From: an uncultured Acidobacteriota bacterium
GTDB lineage: Bacteria; Acidobacteriota; Terriglobia; UBA7540
DNA: 64,000 nt
Direction of reading: 5' to 3'
Assembly: GCA_963804995.1 (NCBI GenBank)
Contig: CAWDSK010000003.1
Span: 1,184,001 to 1,248,000, forward strand
Below the pieces are notes generated by a model. It made no database searches. It had not been told where the DNA came from and worked only from the letters and a program-made list of their open reading frames with translations. This document shows, piece after piece, positions 52,760-61,659 of the stretch (the stretch's first letter is position 1; every line of letters begins with the position of its first letter). The position numbers and the translations under genes were made by a program.

Positions 52760-53475
52760 ATGGAAAAACTGAAGCAAGAACTGGACAGGTTGATTGCGAC
52801 GCTACCAAACGCAGTCGATTTCCGCCAAAGACTGCAAGACTTATTCTCCGTTTATCCGTTCAATGAGTATGAATACATCATTTCAGCATTACTTAGCGCT
52901 GACAAACTGACATTTGATGATTATATCGAGCTACGCGACAGCTATATGGAGAGGAACACGTTTCTCTACATTTTCGAAATTGCGGGACCCGGACATTCGG
53001 GGAAGCGTGGGCACAATCGCACTTAAAGGAGTTGGTTCCAGAACTTCACAAACCATCAAAACAACTCGATCCGAATTACTCAGGGGAATATGATTTCTAT
53101 CTCGATGGTAAAATCAGGATTGAAGTCAAGGCATCGCGGGCGGTAGATGCTCATAGCGATGAGCCACTATTCGTCAAGGCTCTTGCTTCTGATTCGAAAA
53201 AGGACTTTTGGATGAATTTCCAGCAAGTGAAGTGCGCATGTTGTGACGTGTTTGTGTGGATTGCAGTTTGGCGCGACAAAATTAGGTACTGGGTTCTTTC
53301 GTCCCGTGAACTCCAAAAACACCCACATTATTCGATAGGGCAACACCGGGGCAATACGGGCGAAGGACAACTGCATGTACGGCAGGATAACATCAAGGAT
53401 TTCGAAAACTTCGAAGCGCCTTCAAACGGTCTCGCACAGGCAATTCGAGATGCATACAAACGACAATATTCTTAG
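52760..53475 (+). CDS. Putative type II restriction endonuclease (PD-(D/E)XK), -1 frameshift at about 52990
   Basis: Starts 2 nt after the MTase stop. Adding one base gives IAGPRTFGEAWAQSHLKELVP, followed by the EYD...IEVK nuclease-like motif. Confidence 0.65.
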
Positions 53476-53528
53476 GTCAAGCCATACACTTAGGTCACGC
53501 CTGCCTTATTAAATCGCATCAATAAACC

Positions 53529-53557
53529 TTGACAAATAGACCGTCGAGGCGTAAAAG
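53529..53557 (+). promoter_or_regulatory. Putative sigma70 promoter of the TonB receptor gene
   Basis: TTGACA-N17-TAAAAG. Confidence 0.4.
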
Positions 53558-53611
53558 CTCATGACTGCATCACTTGCGTCGGGACTGGGTAAATCTAAAG
53601 GAGGGCAGACC

Positions 53612-56600
53612 ATGGCAAGGTCAACCCGGAGTCGCTTCATGGGTTTGGTGCTTAAGCTGTCATTACTTGCGGTTCTGGTAATAGGAGCAACGGCTCCTTT
53701 AACCGCGCAGACTTTTTACGGTTCCATTCTGGGAACCGTCACTGACTCGGCTGGCGCAGTCATCCCGGGCGCCAACACAACGTTAACCAACCAGGGCACC
53801 CAAGAACGCCGGACAGTCCCGACTGATACCACGGGCAATTACCGGTACGTCAACTTGATTCCAGGAAGCTATCGTCTCGATGTCGAAAAGGATGGCTTCA
53901 AACACATGGCTCGACCGGACATTGTGGTGCAAGTGCAGAGCGATGTCCGTATCGACGTGGCGTTAGAAGTCGGCCAGTTGATGCAGACGATCGAGGTGAA
54001 AGCGCAAACTCCCTTGCTGCAAACGGACACCGCAGCGCTCGGCCAGGTAATTAGCCACCCCCAAGAGATGCCACTGAATGGGCGCAATGTGCTCAGTTTG
54101 GCGGCATTGGTGCCGGGCGTGATCGCCCAGGGCCAAGCCTTTTCCAACCCTACACTGACCAATAACACGGCGTGGGGGAATTACCAGATTAACGGAGGTC
54201 TGGCCAACGAGAACGCGGGGTTTATGGATGGCGCCCCCCTCAATGTGAACTATATCGACATGTTCGCGCTGGTTCCGACCCAGGACGCCATTCAGGAATT
54301 TCGCGTGCAGACCAGCGACCTGAGTGCGGAATGGGGCCGCTTCTCGGGTGGCGTGATTAATCTCACCACCAAGTCCGGAAGCAACGCCTTTCACGGCGCT
54401 GCCTACGAGTACATGCGAAATACGTTTCTAAACGCGAACACCTTCTTTGCCAATGCCAATGGACTCAACGTGCCTCCTTATCAGCAGAATCAGTTTGGGG
54501 GGACCATCGGCGGCCCGATCAAAAAGGATAAGACTTTCTTCTTTGCCAGTTACGAGGGTTACCGGCAACGGGAGGGGCAAACGACCGTGCAGACTGTGCC
54601 GACCGCGGCGAACATCCAAGGGGATTTCTCCGCGCCAGGCACACCCCAGATTTTTGATCCCACCACCACGTGTGGCGCTCCTGCCAATCCGGGGGGAGCA
54701 ACGCCGCCGGCGTGCGGGGCTGGCGCCAATCTTTACGACCGGCAACCGTTCGCGGGTAACATCATTCCCAATGGGACCAATCCTGTAGGGGTTCCCTCGC
54801 GCCTCGATAACACGTCAACCATCCTGGCCAAGGCCATCTACCCCTTGCCGAACCAACCGGGATTGGTCAACAACTTCGTGAACAATTATTCCATAGGTGG
54901 AGACAACGATCAGGTCAACGCCCGGATCGATCAGAACGTCAGCGACAAGCAACACATCTTTGGCCGTTACACGTATTGGACGATCCTGGACCTGCCGTTC
55001 TATCCCCTGGGGAATGTGCCGGACCCGACCCAATACAAGGCCTCCGACCTTACGCAGCAAATCGTGGTTGCCGACACCTATTCGTTCAGTCCCACAACCG
55101 TGGGTGATCTGCATGTGTCTTGGATGCGGTATGACTACAACATCCAACAGCTCACCATGGGCGCCGATCTTACCACCTACGGGTGGCCGGCCGCCCTCAA
55201 CTCCATCCCCTACCGCATGGCTCCGCAGCCCTGTATTTCCGGGTTTGGCGGTGATCCCTGTTATAGCGGGATTATCATCGACCGCAACATGGACTATGAC
55301 GTGGCGGCGAGTCTGACCAAGATCAAGGGTAGGCACACCCTGAAATTCGGGTTTGAGTTCCGTAAGCTCGATGATTCGTACCTGCAAACAAATGACACAA
55401 CCGGAAATTTCTACTTCGATAACGGTTTCACTGCGCAAAACCCCACCAACCCCGCGGGGTCGGGCTACAGTTTTGCATCCTACATGCTCGGCAATGGTTC
55501 GAGCGGAGGCGCCTGGGAAGATGCGTTCACCGGTTCGCACGAGTGGTACGACGCGTTTTACATCGACGACACCTTCCAGGCGACGCACCGATTGACTGTG
55601 AATCTGGGGTTGCGTTATGACGTGCCCTTTGGATGGACCGAAAAGTACGATCGTGTCAATATTCTCCAGCCCAATAACGTAAACTTTCTGGCGCAGGCGA
55701 CGGGCCTGCCGCTCAAGGGTGACGCGGCGTTAGTGGGTTCGAAGCTCTACCCCGACCACCATGAATTCACTAACCGTTGGAACCTCTTTGCCCCACGGAT
55801 AGGCTTCGCCTATCGCGCTGGCCACGACATGGTGATTCGGGGTGGTTATGGGGTCTTCCATTTGCCGGAGGATGCGGTTTTTCAAAACGCGCCGTTTGCC
55901 TCTCCGGTGAACAGTTTCACAACTCCGTGGCTTTCGACGGTCAACGGAGGGCTGACACCGTACCTGCCGTTCAGCAACCCGTTCCCCACCGGCATTATTT
56001 ACCCCCTTCAGCATAATCCTGATGCGCTCCAGCAATATTTGGCTGGAACGTATGTCAGCGCCGTGCTCCCGACGAATTCCTACGGGTACATGCAGCAGTG
56101 GAATTTCAGCGTCGAAAAAGAGCTGGCGCCGGGAACCATGCTGGAAGTGGCCTACTCTGCGTCGAAGGGCACCCACCTTCCCGAGGGTGCCGAGAACTAT
56201 CCGCTCGCCGATTCGTATCTATCGATGGGGAATGCGCTCCTCGATCAAGTACCCAATCCGTTCCTCGGGCTGATCACCAGCGGACCGCTGGCGCAGCCGA
56301 CGGTTCTCCGTGAACAGCTTCTGCAACCCTACCCGCAGTATACCGGCGTTGGTAACACCGGATCTCCGATCGGCGCATCCAACTATCAAGCGATGCTCGT
56401 GAAGTTTCAGAAGCGCTTCCAGTCAGCCGGCAGCATCCTCGCCTCCTACACGTGGTCCAAGTGGATGACCAATACAGAAACCAACACCAGTTGGGAGGAG
56501 AGCAACTTAGGCCTTACCACGGGGGGTGTACAGAACTATCACAATCTGCGCGCTGATTGGGCGCCCTCCAGCAATGATGTACCGCACAATCTGGTGGTGA

Positions 56601-57139
56601 GTTACTCCCTGCCCCTTCCCATTGGGCAAGGGAAACGCCTCCTGGGCAGCGCCACCGGGGCCGTCAACAAGCTGGTGTCGGGGTGGGGCGTCAACGGAAT
56701 CTATACGTTGCAGAGCGGCCTCGCCTTGGTCATCACCGACGCGACGAACAACAGCTACTCCCTCAACAATGGCACGCAGCGGCCGAACCTCGTTTCGGGC
56801 TGCACGCTTAACACCACCGGATCGGCCACCTCCCGGCTCAACCAATGGTTCAACACTGGCTGCTTCACTCAGCCCGCGGCATTCACCTTTGGGAGCGCCC
56901 CTCGCGAACTAACCAACACGCGCGGCGCCGGAATGAACAACTCTGATTTCGCGTTGTTTAAAGACACCCATTTAACTGAACGCATGAAACTCCAGTTCCG
57001 GGCGGAGTTCTTTAACCTCTTTAACCGTGTGCAATTCGGCGAGCCCGGGCAGATTTTTGGCGCTCCGGGTTTTGGAGTCGTCAACTATCAGCTCAATTCA
57101 CCCAGGTTGGTACAATTAGCGCTCCGGCTGGAATTCTAG
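53612..57139 (+). CDS. Oar-type TonB-dependent receptor with carboxypeptidase-regulatory-like N-domain
   Basis: AGGAGG SD and signal peptide. GTVTDSAGAVIPGA, PLNGRN, TKSGSN, NQFGG, FAPRIGFAY, QFRAEFFN.FN and a C-terminal QLALRLEF. Confidence 0.9.
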   Translation: MARSTRSRFMGLVLKLSLLAVLVIGATAPLTAQTFYGSILGTVTDSAGAVIPGANTTLTNQGTQERRTVPTDTTGNYRYVNLIPGSYRLDVEKDGFKHMARPDIVVQVQSDVRIDVALEVGQLMQTIEVKAQTPLLQTDTAALGQVISHPQEMPLNGRNVLSLAALVPGVIAQGQAFSNPTLTNNTAWGNYQINGGLANENAGFMDGAPLNVNYIDMFALVPTQDAIQEFRVQTSDLSAEWGRFSGGVINLTTKSGSNAFHGAAYEYMRNTFLNANTFFANANGLNVPPYQQNQFGGTIGGPIKKDKTFFFASYEGYRQREGQTTVQTVPTAANIQGDFSAPGTPQIFDPTTTCGAPANPGGATPPACGAGANLYDRQPFAGNIIPNGTNPVGVPSRLDNTSTILAKAIYPLPNQPGLVNNFVNNYSIGGDNDQVNARIDQNVSDKQHIFGRYTYWTILDLPFYPLGNVPDPTQYKASDLTQQIVVADTYSFSPTTVGDLHVSWMRYDYNIQQLTMGADLTTYGWPAALNSIPYRMAPQPCISGFGGDPCYSGIIIDRNMDYDVAASLTKIKGRHTLKFGFEFRKLDDSYLQTNDTTGNFYFDNGFTAQNPTNPAGSGYSFASYMLGNGSSGGAWEDAFTGSHEWYDAFYIDDTFQATHRLTVNLGLRYDVPFGWTEKYDRVNILQPNNVNFLAQATGLPLKGDAALVGSKLYPDHHEFTNRWNLFAPRIGFAYRAGHDMVIRGGYGVFHLPEDAVFQNAPFASPVNSFTTPWLSTVNGGLTPYLPFSNPFPTGIIYPLQHNPDALQQYLAGTYVSAVLPTNSYGYMQQWNFSVEKELAPGTMLEVAYSASKGTHLPEGAENYPLADSYLSMGNALLDQVPNPFLGLITSGPLAQPTVLREQLLQPYPQYTGVGNTGSPIGASNYQAMLVKFQKRFQSAGSILASYTWSKWMTNTETNTSWEESNLGLTTGGVQNYHNLRADWAPSSNDVPHNLVVSYSLPLPIGQGKRLLGSATGAVNKLVSGWGVNGIYTLQSGLALVITDATNNSYSLNNGTQRPNLVSGCTLNTTGSATSRLNQWFNTGCFTQPAAFTFGSAPRELTNTRGAGMNNSDFALFKDTHLTERMKLQFRAEFFNLFNRVQFGEPGQIFGAPGFGVVNYQLNSPRLVQLALRLEF

Positions 57140-57157
57140 CTGGGGAAGCACCCGTAA

Positions 57158-57196
57158 CCCTCACGGCCGGCGGCTTGACCGCCGGCTGGGAGGGTG
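57158..57196 (+). terminator. Stem-loop after the TonB receptor gene
   Basis: ACCCTC..GGCCGGCGG-loop-CCGCCGGCT..GAGGGT. Only a short U tract follows. Confidence 0.4.
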
Positions 57197-57240
57197 GGGT
57201 TTGGGACGAGGATACACTGCATCACTGTCACCCTGGTACT

Positions 57241-57531
57241 TGTAGCGCCGGCCTTATGCTTTTTGAATTCCTAACATGTAGAATTCTCAAACGCCCACGA
57301 GACCCCTCACCCGTCCCGCCCCGGCTGATGAAGACGCCGGCGGCGGTCCACCCTCTCCCCTCGGAGAGGGCTAGACACCGTAAATCCCAGCCTTCTCCCA
57401 GGGGAGAAGGTGGCCGACGTAGGAGGTCGGATGAGGGGTTACTTCCACGCAAGGGGCGTCGGAACAATTTACAACTTACCAATTCAAAAGCCATTAAGTC
57501 GGCAGGTGTCCCGACAGGTCGGGACGCTACA
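57241..57531. mobile_element. Nested repeat: GTAG-type REP interrupted by a TIR-bounded element carrying a CCCCTCACCC hairpin
   Basis: Outer TGTAGCG...CGCTACA. Inner TTATGCTTTTTGAATT (57254) / AATTCAAAAGCCATTAA (57481-57497). Core at 57301-57440. Confidence 0.6.
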
Positions 57532-57784
57532 ACATTGACCCTGACCATCATACGTACCGCCATATGAGACGCACTGCACTAGCGGCTGTGCAGGACCACA
57601 GCCCGCCCACATTGGCTGCTACGTACGCAGGAAAAACCGAAAGCCCCTCGCCGCAGTCTGTTGCCTATCCAGCCAAGGAGGAAGAGGCCGGGGTAATGGA
57701 TTTGTGCCAAGCCCAGGGGAATCTTTGCCCGGCACACGACGAATTGCAGACGAACTTTGACCCTATCATCCAGGAGGAAAGAAA

Positions 57785-59191
57785 ATGCGTCTTCTAAAAG
57801 CGGGGCTGCTGTTGGGTTTAATATTTCTGCTCCTGGCGCCGTTGGCAGGGGCTGCGGTGCTCAAAGCCGGTGTAGCCAAGGCCGATATCACTCCGCCTCC
57901 GGGATTGCCCCTTTGGGGATACGATTTGAGAGACGCCACGGGCACCCTCAATCCGCTCTATGCCCGGGTAGTCGTCCTGGAGGTCGGTGAGAAACGCGTC
58001 GCGCTTGTGGCCCTGGACCTGGGCCGGACTTTCGGCCGCGGCTCCATCGAACAAATCCGCGAGGCGGCCCGGAAATCGAGCGGAATCTCCTACGTTCTGG
58101 TCTGTGCCACACACGATCACTCGGCGCCGGCGATTCGGGATACGTATCCCGATGGTCTGCCCGCTTGGGAAAAAGCCGCGCTGGAAAAGATCGAGAAAGC
58201 TATCGAGGAAGCGCATGAACACGCCGTCGAAGTTCGCCTGGGAACCGGATACGGGGATGCCTACATCGGACACAACCGGCTGCGCTTGAACTCCGATGGG
58301 ACAGTGACCTGGTTCGACCACAATGAAACGCAAATCCCCACGGCGCCGGTTGACCCCACGGTCTCCGTCCTGCGGCTCGATACGTTGGAGGGGAAGCCGC
58401 TCGCCATCCTGGTGAATTACGCCTGCCACCCGGTGGTCTTTGGGCCCGATAACCCCCAGTACTCCGCGGATTTCCCCGCCGCCATGGTCAAAACCGTGGA
58501 GGGCGCCTTCGCAGGCGAACCCCTTTGCATGTTTCTGCAAGGAGCGCCGGGTGACATCAATCCCTATTACACTGCCATACCGCTGAAGCAGGATGCAGTG
58601 AAACGCCGCGATTGGGAAGGGACTCAACTCGGCGAGGCGGCGGCCCGAATTGCCCGGGAGATTCACACCCAAAGCCCGCCCCAACCTTCGCTCGATTTCG
58701 CGGAAGACCTGCTCACTTTTCATTTCCGCTGGAACCCGGAAAAATACAAGAAAGCCTTCTTTCAAAGCTCCGAGGTGAGTGCGGATAGCCGATCCACCTT
58801 TTACTACTATCCTCCCACGGATCCGGAGCAGCAACTGCCCGTGGGCACGCTGCTGCTGGACAAGCAAATTGCCTTCATGTCGATGCCGGGAGAGCCTTTC
58901 GTAGAATTCCAAATCAACTGGCGGCAACGTTGCCCGGTCAGCGACTGCTTTTTCCTAGGCTATGCGAATGGGTACTTTGGCTACCTCCCCACCATCAAGG
59001 CCGCTACCCAGGGCGGCTACGGTGCGGCGAGCCTTTCCACCGTCATCGAGCCGGGAGCCGGCGAGCGCATGGTCGACCACGCGGTTTTGAAGATTTATCA
59101 GATGCTGGGATTGCTGAGCGACAGCCCGGAAAATCCCGACGAGGATTACACTCGCACCCGCCCGCGCCCGGTGGGATCGGGTTCCCGCTGA
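57785..59191 (+). CDS. Neutral/alkaline ceramidase-like secreted protein, paralog 1
   Basis: Signal peptide, then DITP, THDHSAP, NYACHP, GAPGDINP, PGEPF, GYANGYFGYLP. Confidence 0.8.
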   Translation: MRLLKAGLLLGLIFLLLAPLAGAAVLKAGVAKADITPPPGLPLWGYDLRDATGTLNPLYARVVVLEVGEKRVALVALDLGRTFGRGSIEQIREAARKSSGISYVLVCATHDHSAPAIRDTYPDGLPAWEKAALEKIEKAIEEAHEHAVEVRLGTGYGDAYIGHNRLRLNSDGTVTWFDHNETQIPTAPVDPTVSVLRLDTLEGKPLAILVNYACHPVVFGPDNPQYSADFPAAMVKTVEGAFAGEPLCMFLQGAPGDINPYYTAIPLKQDAVKRRDWEGTQLGEAAARIAREIHTQSPPQPSLDFAEDLLTFHFRWNPEKYKKAFFQSSEVSADSRSTFYYYPPTDPEQQLPVGTLLLDKQIAFMSMPGEPFVEFQINWRQRCPVSDCFFLGYANGYFGYLPTIKAATQGGYGAASLSTVIEPGAGERMVDHAVLKIYQMLGLLSDSPENPDEDYTRTRPRPVGSGSR

Positions 59192-59266
59192 GCGGGGGTG
59201 CAGAGTCGGTGTGAAAATCCTGGTCTGGAGCGGCGGTAAATCTGAAGGCCAACAGGAGAATGCATT

Positions 59267-60604
59267 ATGTTACAAGCTTTGCAGATTGCCAGGCATTCGC
59301 ACCGGCTGACGAGTCTCATTTTAGGGCTCTCGCTTGCCGCGGCTTGGTCTTTGACGAGCGCCGCCGCCGCGGGTTTCAGAGCTGCTGCCGTCAAGGTGGA
59401 TATTACCCCGGAGACAAGTCAGTGGCTTTGCGGTTATGGCCCCCGGCAATCCACCGGCGTGCACGACCGTCTTTATCTTCGTATTGCCGCTCTGGACGAC
59501 GGCAAGACACAGTTCTTCCTCATATCGAGTGACATCACCGAGATTTCTCCCGGGTTCTATGACCAGGTTATGCGGGAACTCGATAAGCAGACAGGAATCA
59601 AGCCGCTCCAAGTCTGGTGGATCGTCACGCATACGCATTCGGCTCCGGAAGTCGGGACCCCGGGCCTGGATGGCGCCTTGATGCCGGATCGCTACCTCCA
59701 CGAATCCAACAAAGAGTATTCGGCCAGCGTGGAGAAGGCGCTGATAGAAGGGATCAAGCAAGCCCGCAGCAAACTTGAACCCGCTCGCCTGGGAGTGGGG
59801 TGGGGCTTCGCGATGGCCAACATTAATCGCCGCGCGCAGGATGTGGAGGGACCGGCCTTCCTGGGGCTCAACCCGGATGGCCCGGCGGACCGCCGGATCG
59901 GGCTGCTGCGTCTGGAGAAGGCGGACGGCACGCTTCTCGCCTTGATCGCAAACTATGCGATGCACGGAACGGTGCTGGGGCCGGCTAACACGCTCATCAG
60001 CGGCGATGCGCCGGGAATCGTCGCACAATATGTGGAGGAGAAACTCGGCGCGCCCATGCTCTATATTCAAGGGGCGGCGGGAAACATGGCCCCCATCTAT
60101 AGCGTCTATCCGGACTTCCAAAGCGGGCACCTCAGCCAGTTTCGAGTTTTGCTGGGAGACAAAATTCTGGAGGCGAATCGGCAGATGGGGCCCACCACCT
60201 CGGACGTAAGGCTTTCCCTCGGCATGCAGATCGTTGAAACGCCGGAAAGAAAAGACAACCTGGGATGGCCTGCGGAGCTGGCTGATTATCTTCGGAAAAC
60301 GAGCACGGGAGCAGCGGTGGTTCGCATCCCCGTCCGGTTCCTGCAGATCAATGAAGACATCGCCATCTGGGCAGCTCCCTTGGAACTCTTCTGCGAGATC
60401 GCGATGGCGGTCAGGGACCAGTCACCGTTTCCATACACCTTCCACTTCGGCTACTGCAACGGATTCCTGGGTTATTTTCCGACCAAAATCGCATTTGCTC
60501 AGGGGGGGTACGAGCCGAATCCGTATTCCTCACCCTATACCCCCCAAGGTGAGGCGGACTTGACTTCCGCCGTCGTGGCTTATCTGCAAGGAAGGTCACC
60601 CTAG
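59267..60604 (+). CDS. Neutral/alkaline ceramidase-like secreted protein, paralog 2
   Basis: Signal peptide, then DITP, THTHSAP, NYAMHGT, GAAGN, GY.NG..GY, GGYE. Confidence 0.8.
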   Translation: MLQALQIARHSHRLTSLILGLSLAAAWSLTSAAAAGFRAAAVKVDITPETSQWLCGYGPRQSTGVHDRLYLRIAALDDGKTQFFLISSDITEISPGFYDQVMRELDKQTGIKPLQVWWIVTHTHSAPEVGTPGLDGALMPDRYLHESNKEYSASVEKALIEGIKQARSKLEPARLGVGWGFAMANINRRAQDVEGPAFLGLNPDGPADRRIGLLRLEKADGTLLALIANYAMHGTVLGPANTLISGDAPGIVAQYVEEKLGAPMLYIQGAAGNMAPIYSVYPDFQSGHLSQFRVLLGDKILEANRQMGPTTSDVRLSLGMQIVETPERKDNLGWPAELADYLRKTSTGAAVVRIPVRFLQINEDIAIWAAPLELFCEIAMAVRDQSPFPYTFHFGYCNGFLGYFPTKIAFAQGGYEPNPYSSPYTPQGEADLTSAVVAYLQGRSP

Positions 60605-60811
60605 TGTGGTGTCCCGTGTTAGAGTTGACAATGGGTAGAACCCCCTCACCCGTCTGGCCTCGGCTGATGAGAACGCCTCGGCCAGCCACCCTCTCCCCCA
60701 AAGGGGCGAGGGCAAGAAAATTAACTCTCCCCTCGCCCCTTTGGGGGAGAGGGGCTGGGGGGTGAGGGGGTCGGACAGCCTTGTCAAATATTAACCGGGA
60801 CACCACGCTAG
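60601..60811. mobile_element. CTAG-bounded MITE-like element carrying a CCCCTCACCC-family hairpin
   Basis: CTAGTGTGGTGTCCCG...CGGGACACCACGCTAG (15/16 IR, extending imperfectly to TTGACAA/TTGTCAA). The left CTAG supplies the stop codon of the upstream gene. Confidence 0.7.
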
Positions 60812-60830
60812 AGGGGTGGTTTGCCAACCC

Positions 60831-61592
60831 TCAGGTCGCCTTTTGCTTGTCGTTGTCGATCGGCAGCATCTGGCCTGAGATCGACTTGGCGGCATCGGAG
60901 GCGAGGAATACCGCCAAGGCCGCAACATCTTTCGGATCGACAAATCTTTTCAGGGATTGGATCCCGAGCGCCGACTTTCTTTCTTCCTCAACCGTTCCAC
61001 CACTCATTTTTGCTCAACCTTCCAAGACCTTGTCAAGTCGCGGCCCCGCCACGGCGCCGGGCAGGATGGCATTGGCGCGAATGTTAAAGGCGCCCAGTTC
61101 GATGGAAAGGGTCTTGGTGAACCCGATCAGTCCCCACTTGGTCGCCGCGTACGGACTGCGGTTGGGATAGCCGAATCGGCCCGCCATCGAAGACATGATG
61201 ATGATGACGCCCGACGGAGATTTTTTCAGATGCGGGATGGCGAGGCGTGTGACGTTGAACGTGCCCGTCAGATTGAGTTGAACGACTTCGTCCCACGCGT
61301 CAGGATCCATTTCCTCGACCGGCGCCGTCGGACCCGAGATGCCCGCATTGTTCACGAGGACATCCAGGCCGCCCATGGCGTTGACGCCGAAGGGGACCAT
61401 CGCTTCAATGTCGGCGCGTTTCGACAGGTCGCAGACCATGGTCGCGAGCCCCGGGATTTCCTGCGCCAGGTTGTCAAGGCCCTTGGCATCAATGTCGCAA
61501 ACGAACACCTTCGCCCCTTGTGCCGCGAAGGCGCGCACAATTTCCCGGCCAATGCCGGACGCGCCTGCCGTCACCAGAACGCGCTGGGTCAT
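60831..61592 (-). CDS. Short-chain dehydrogenase/reductase, interrupted by an in-frame TGA at 61014-61016
   Basis: TAGASGIG, NNAG and YAATK motifs. Reading through the TGA gives the normal SDR end (KRFVDPKDVAALAVFLASDAAKSISGQMLPID). Confidence 0.85.
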
Positions 61593-61659
61593 AGATAGAA
61601 CGTACCTCACTGCCCATGGCTGCGGTGGCCTCACACAGTCTTTCGGCCCGGCTCATCCC

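Noticed and set aside
11916..53475. Mass pseudogenisation or programmed frameshifting/phase variation
   Set aside because: Each gene has exactly one lesion with no further decay, there are no slippery heptamers or long homopolymers at the junctions, and housekeeping glnE is affected. Sequencing artefact fits better.
57818..58927. Long antisense ORFs (also 29013-30125, 41910-43250, 43884-44879, 62881-63903)
   Set aside because: They are shadows of well-supported genes on the opposite strand in GC-rich DNA and have no recognisable motifs.
20047..61016. Genome-wide UGA reassignment or selenocysteine
   Set aside because: Many genes end properly at TGA, including ATGA overlaps at 40967 and 43539. 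The interrupted positions fit Arg rather than Cys, Trp or Gly.
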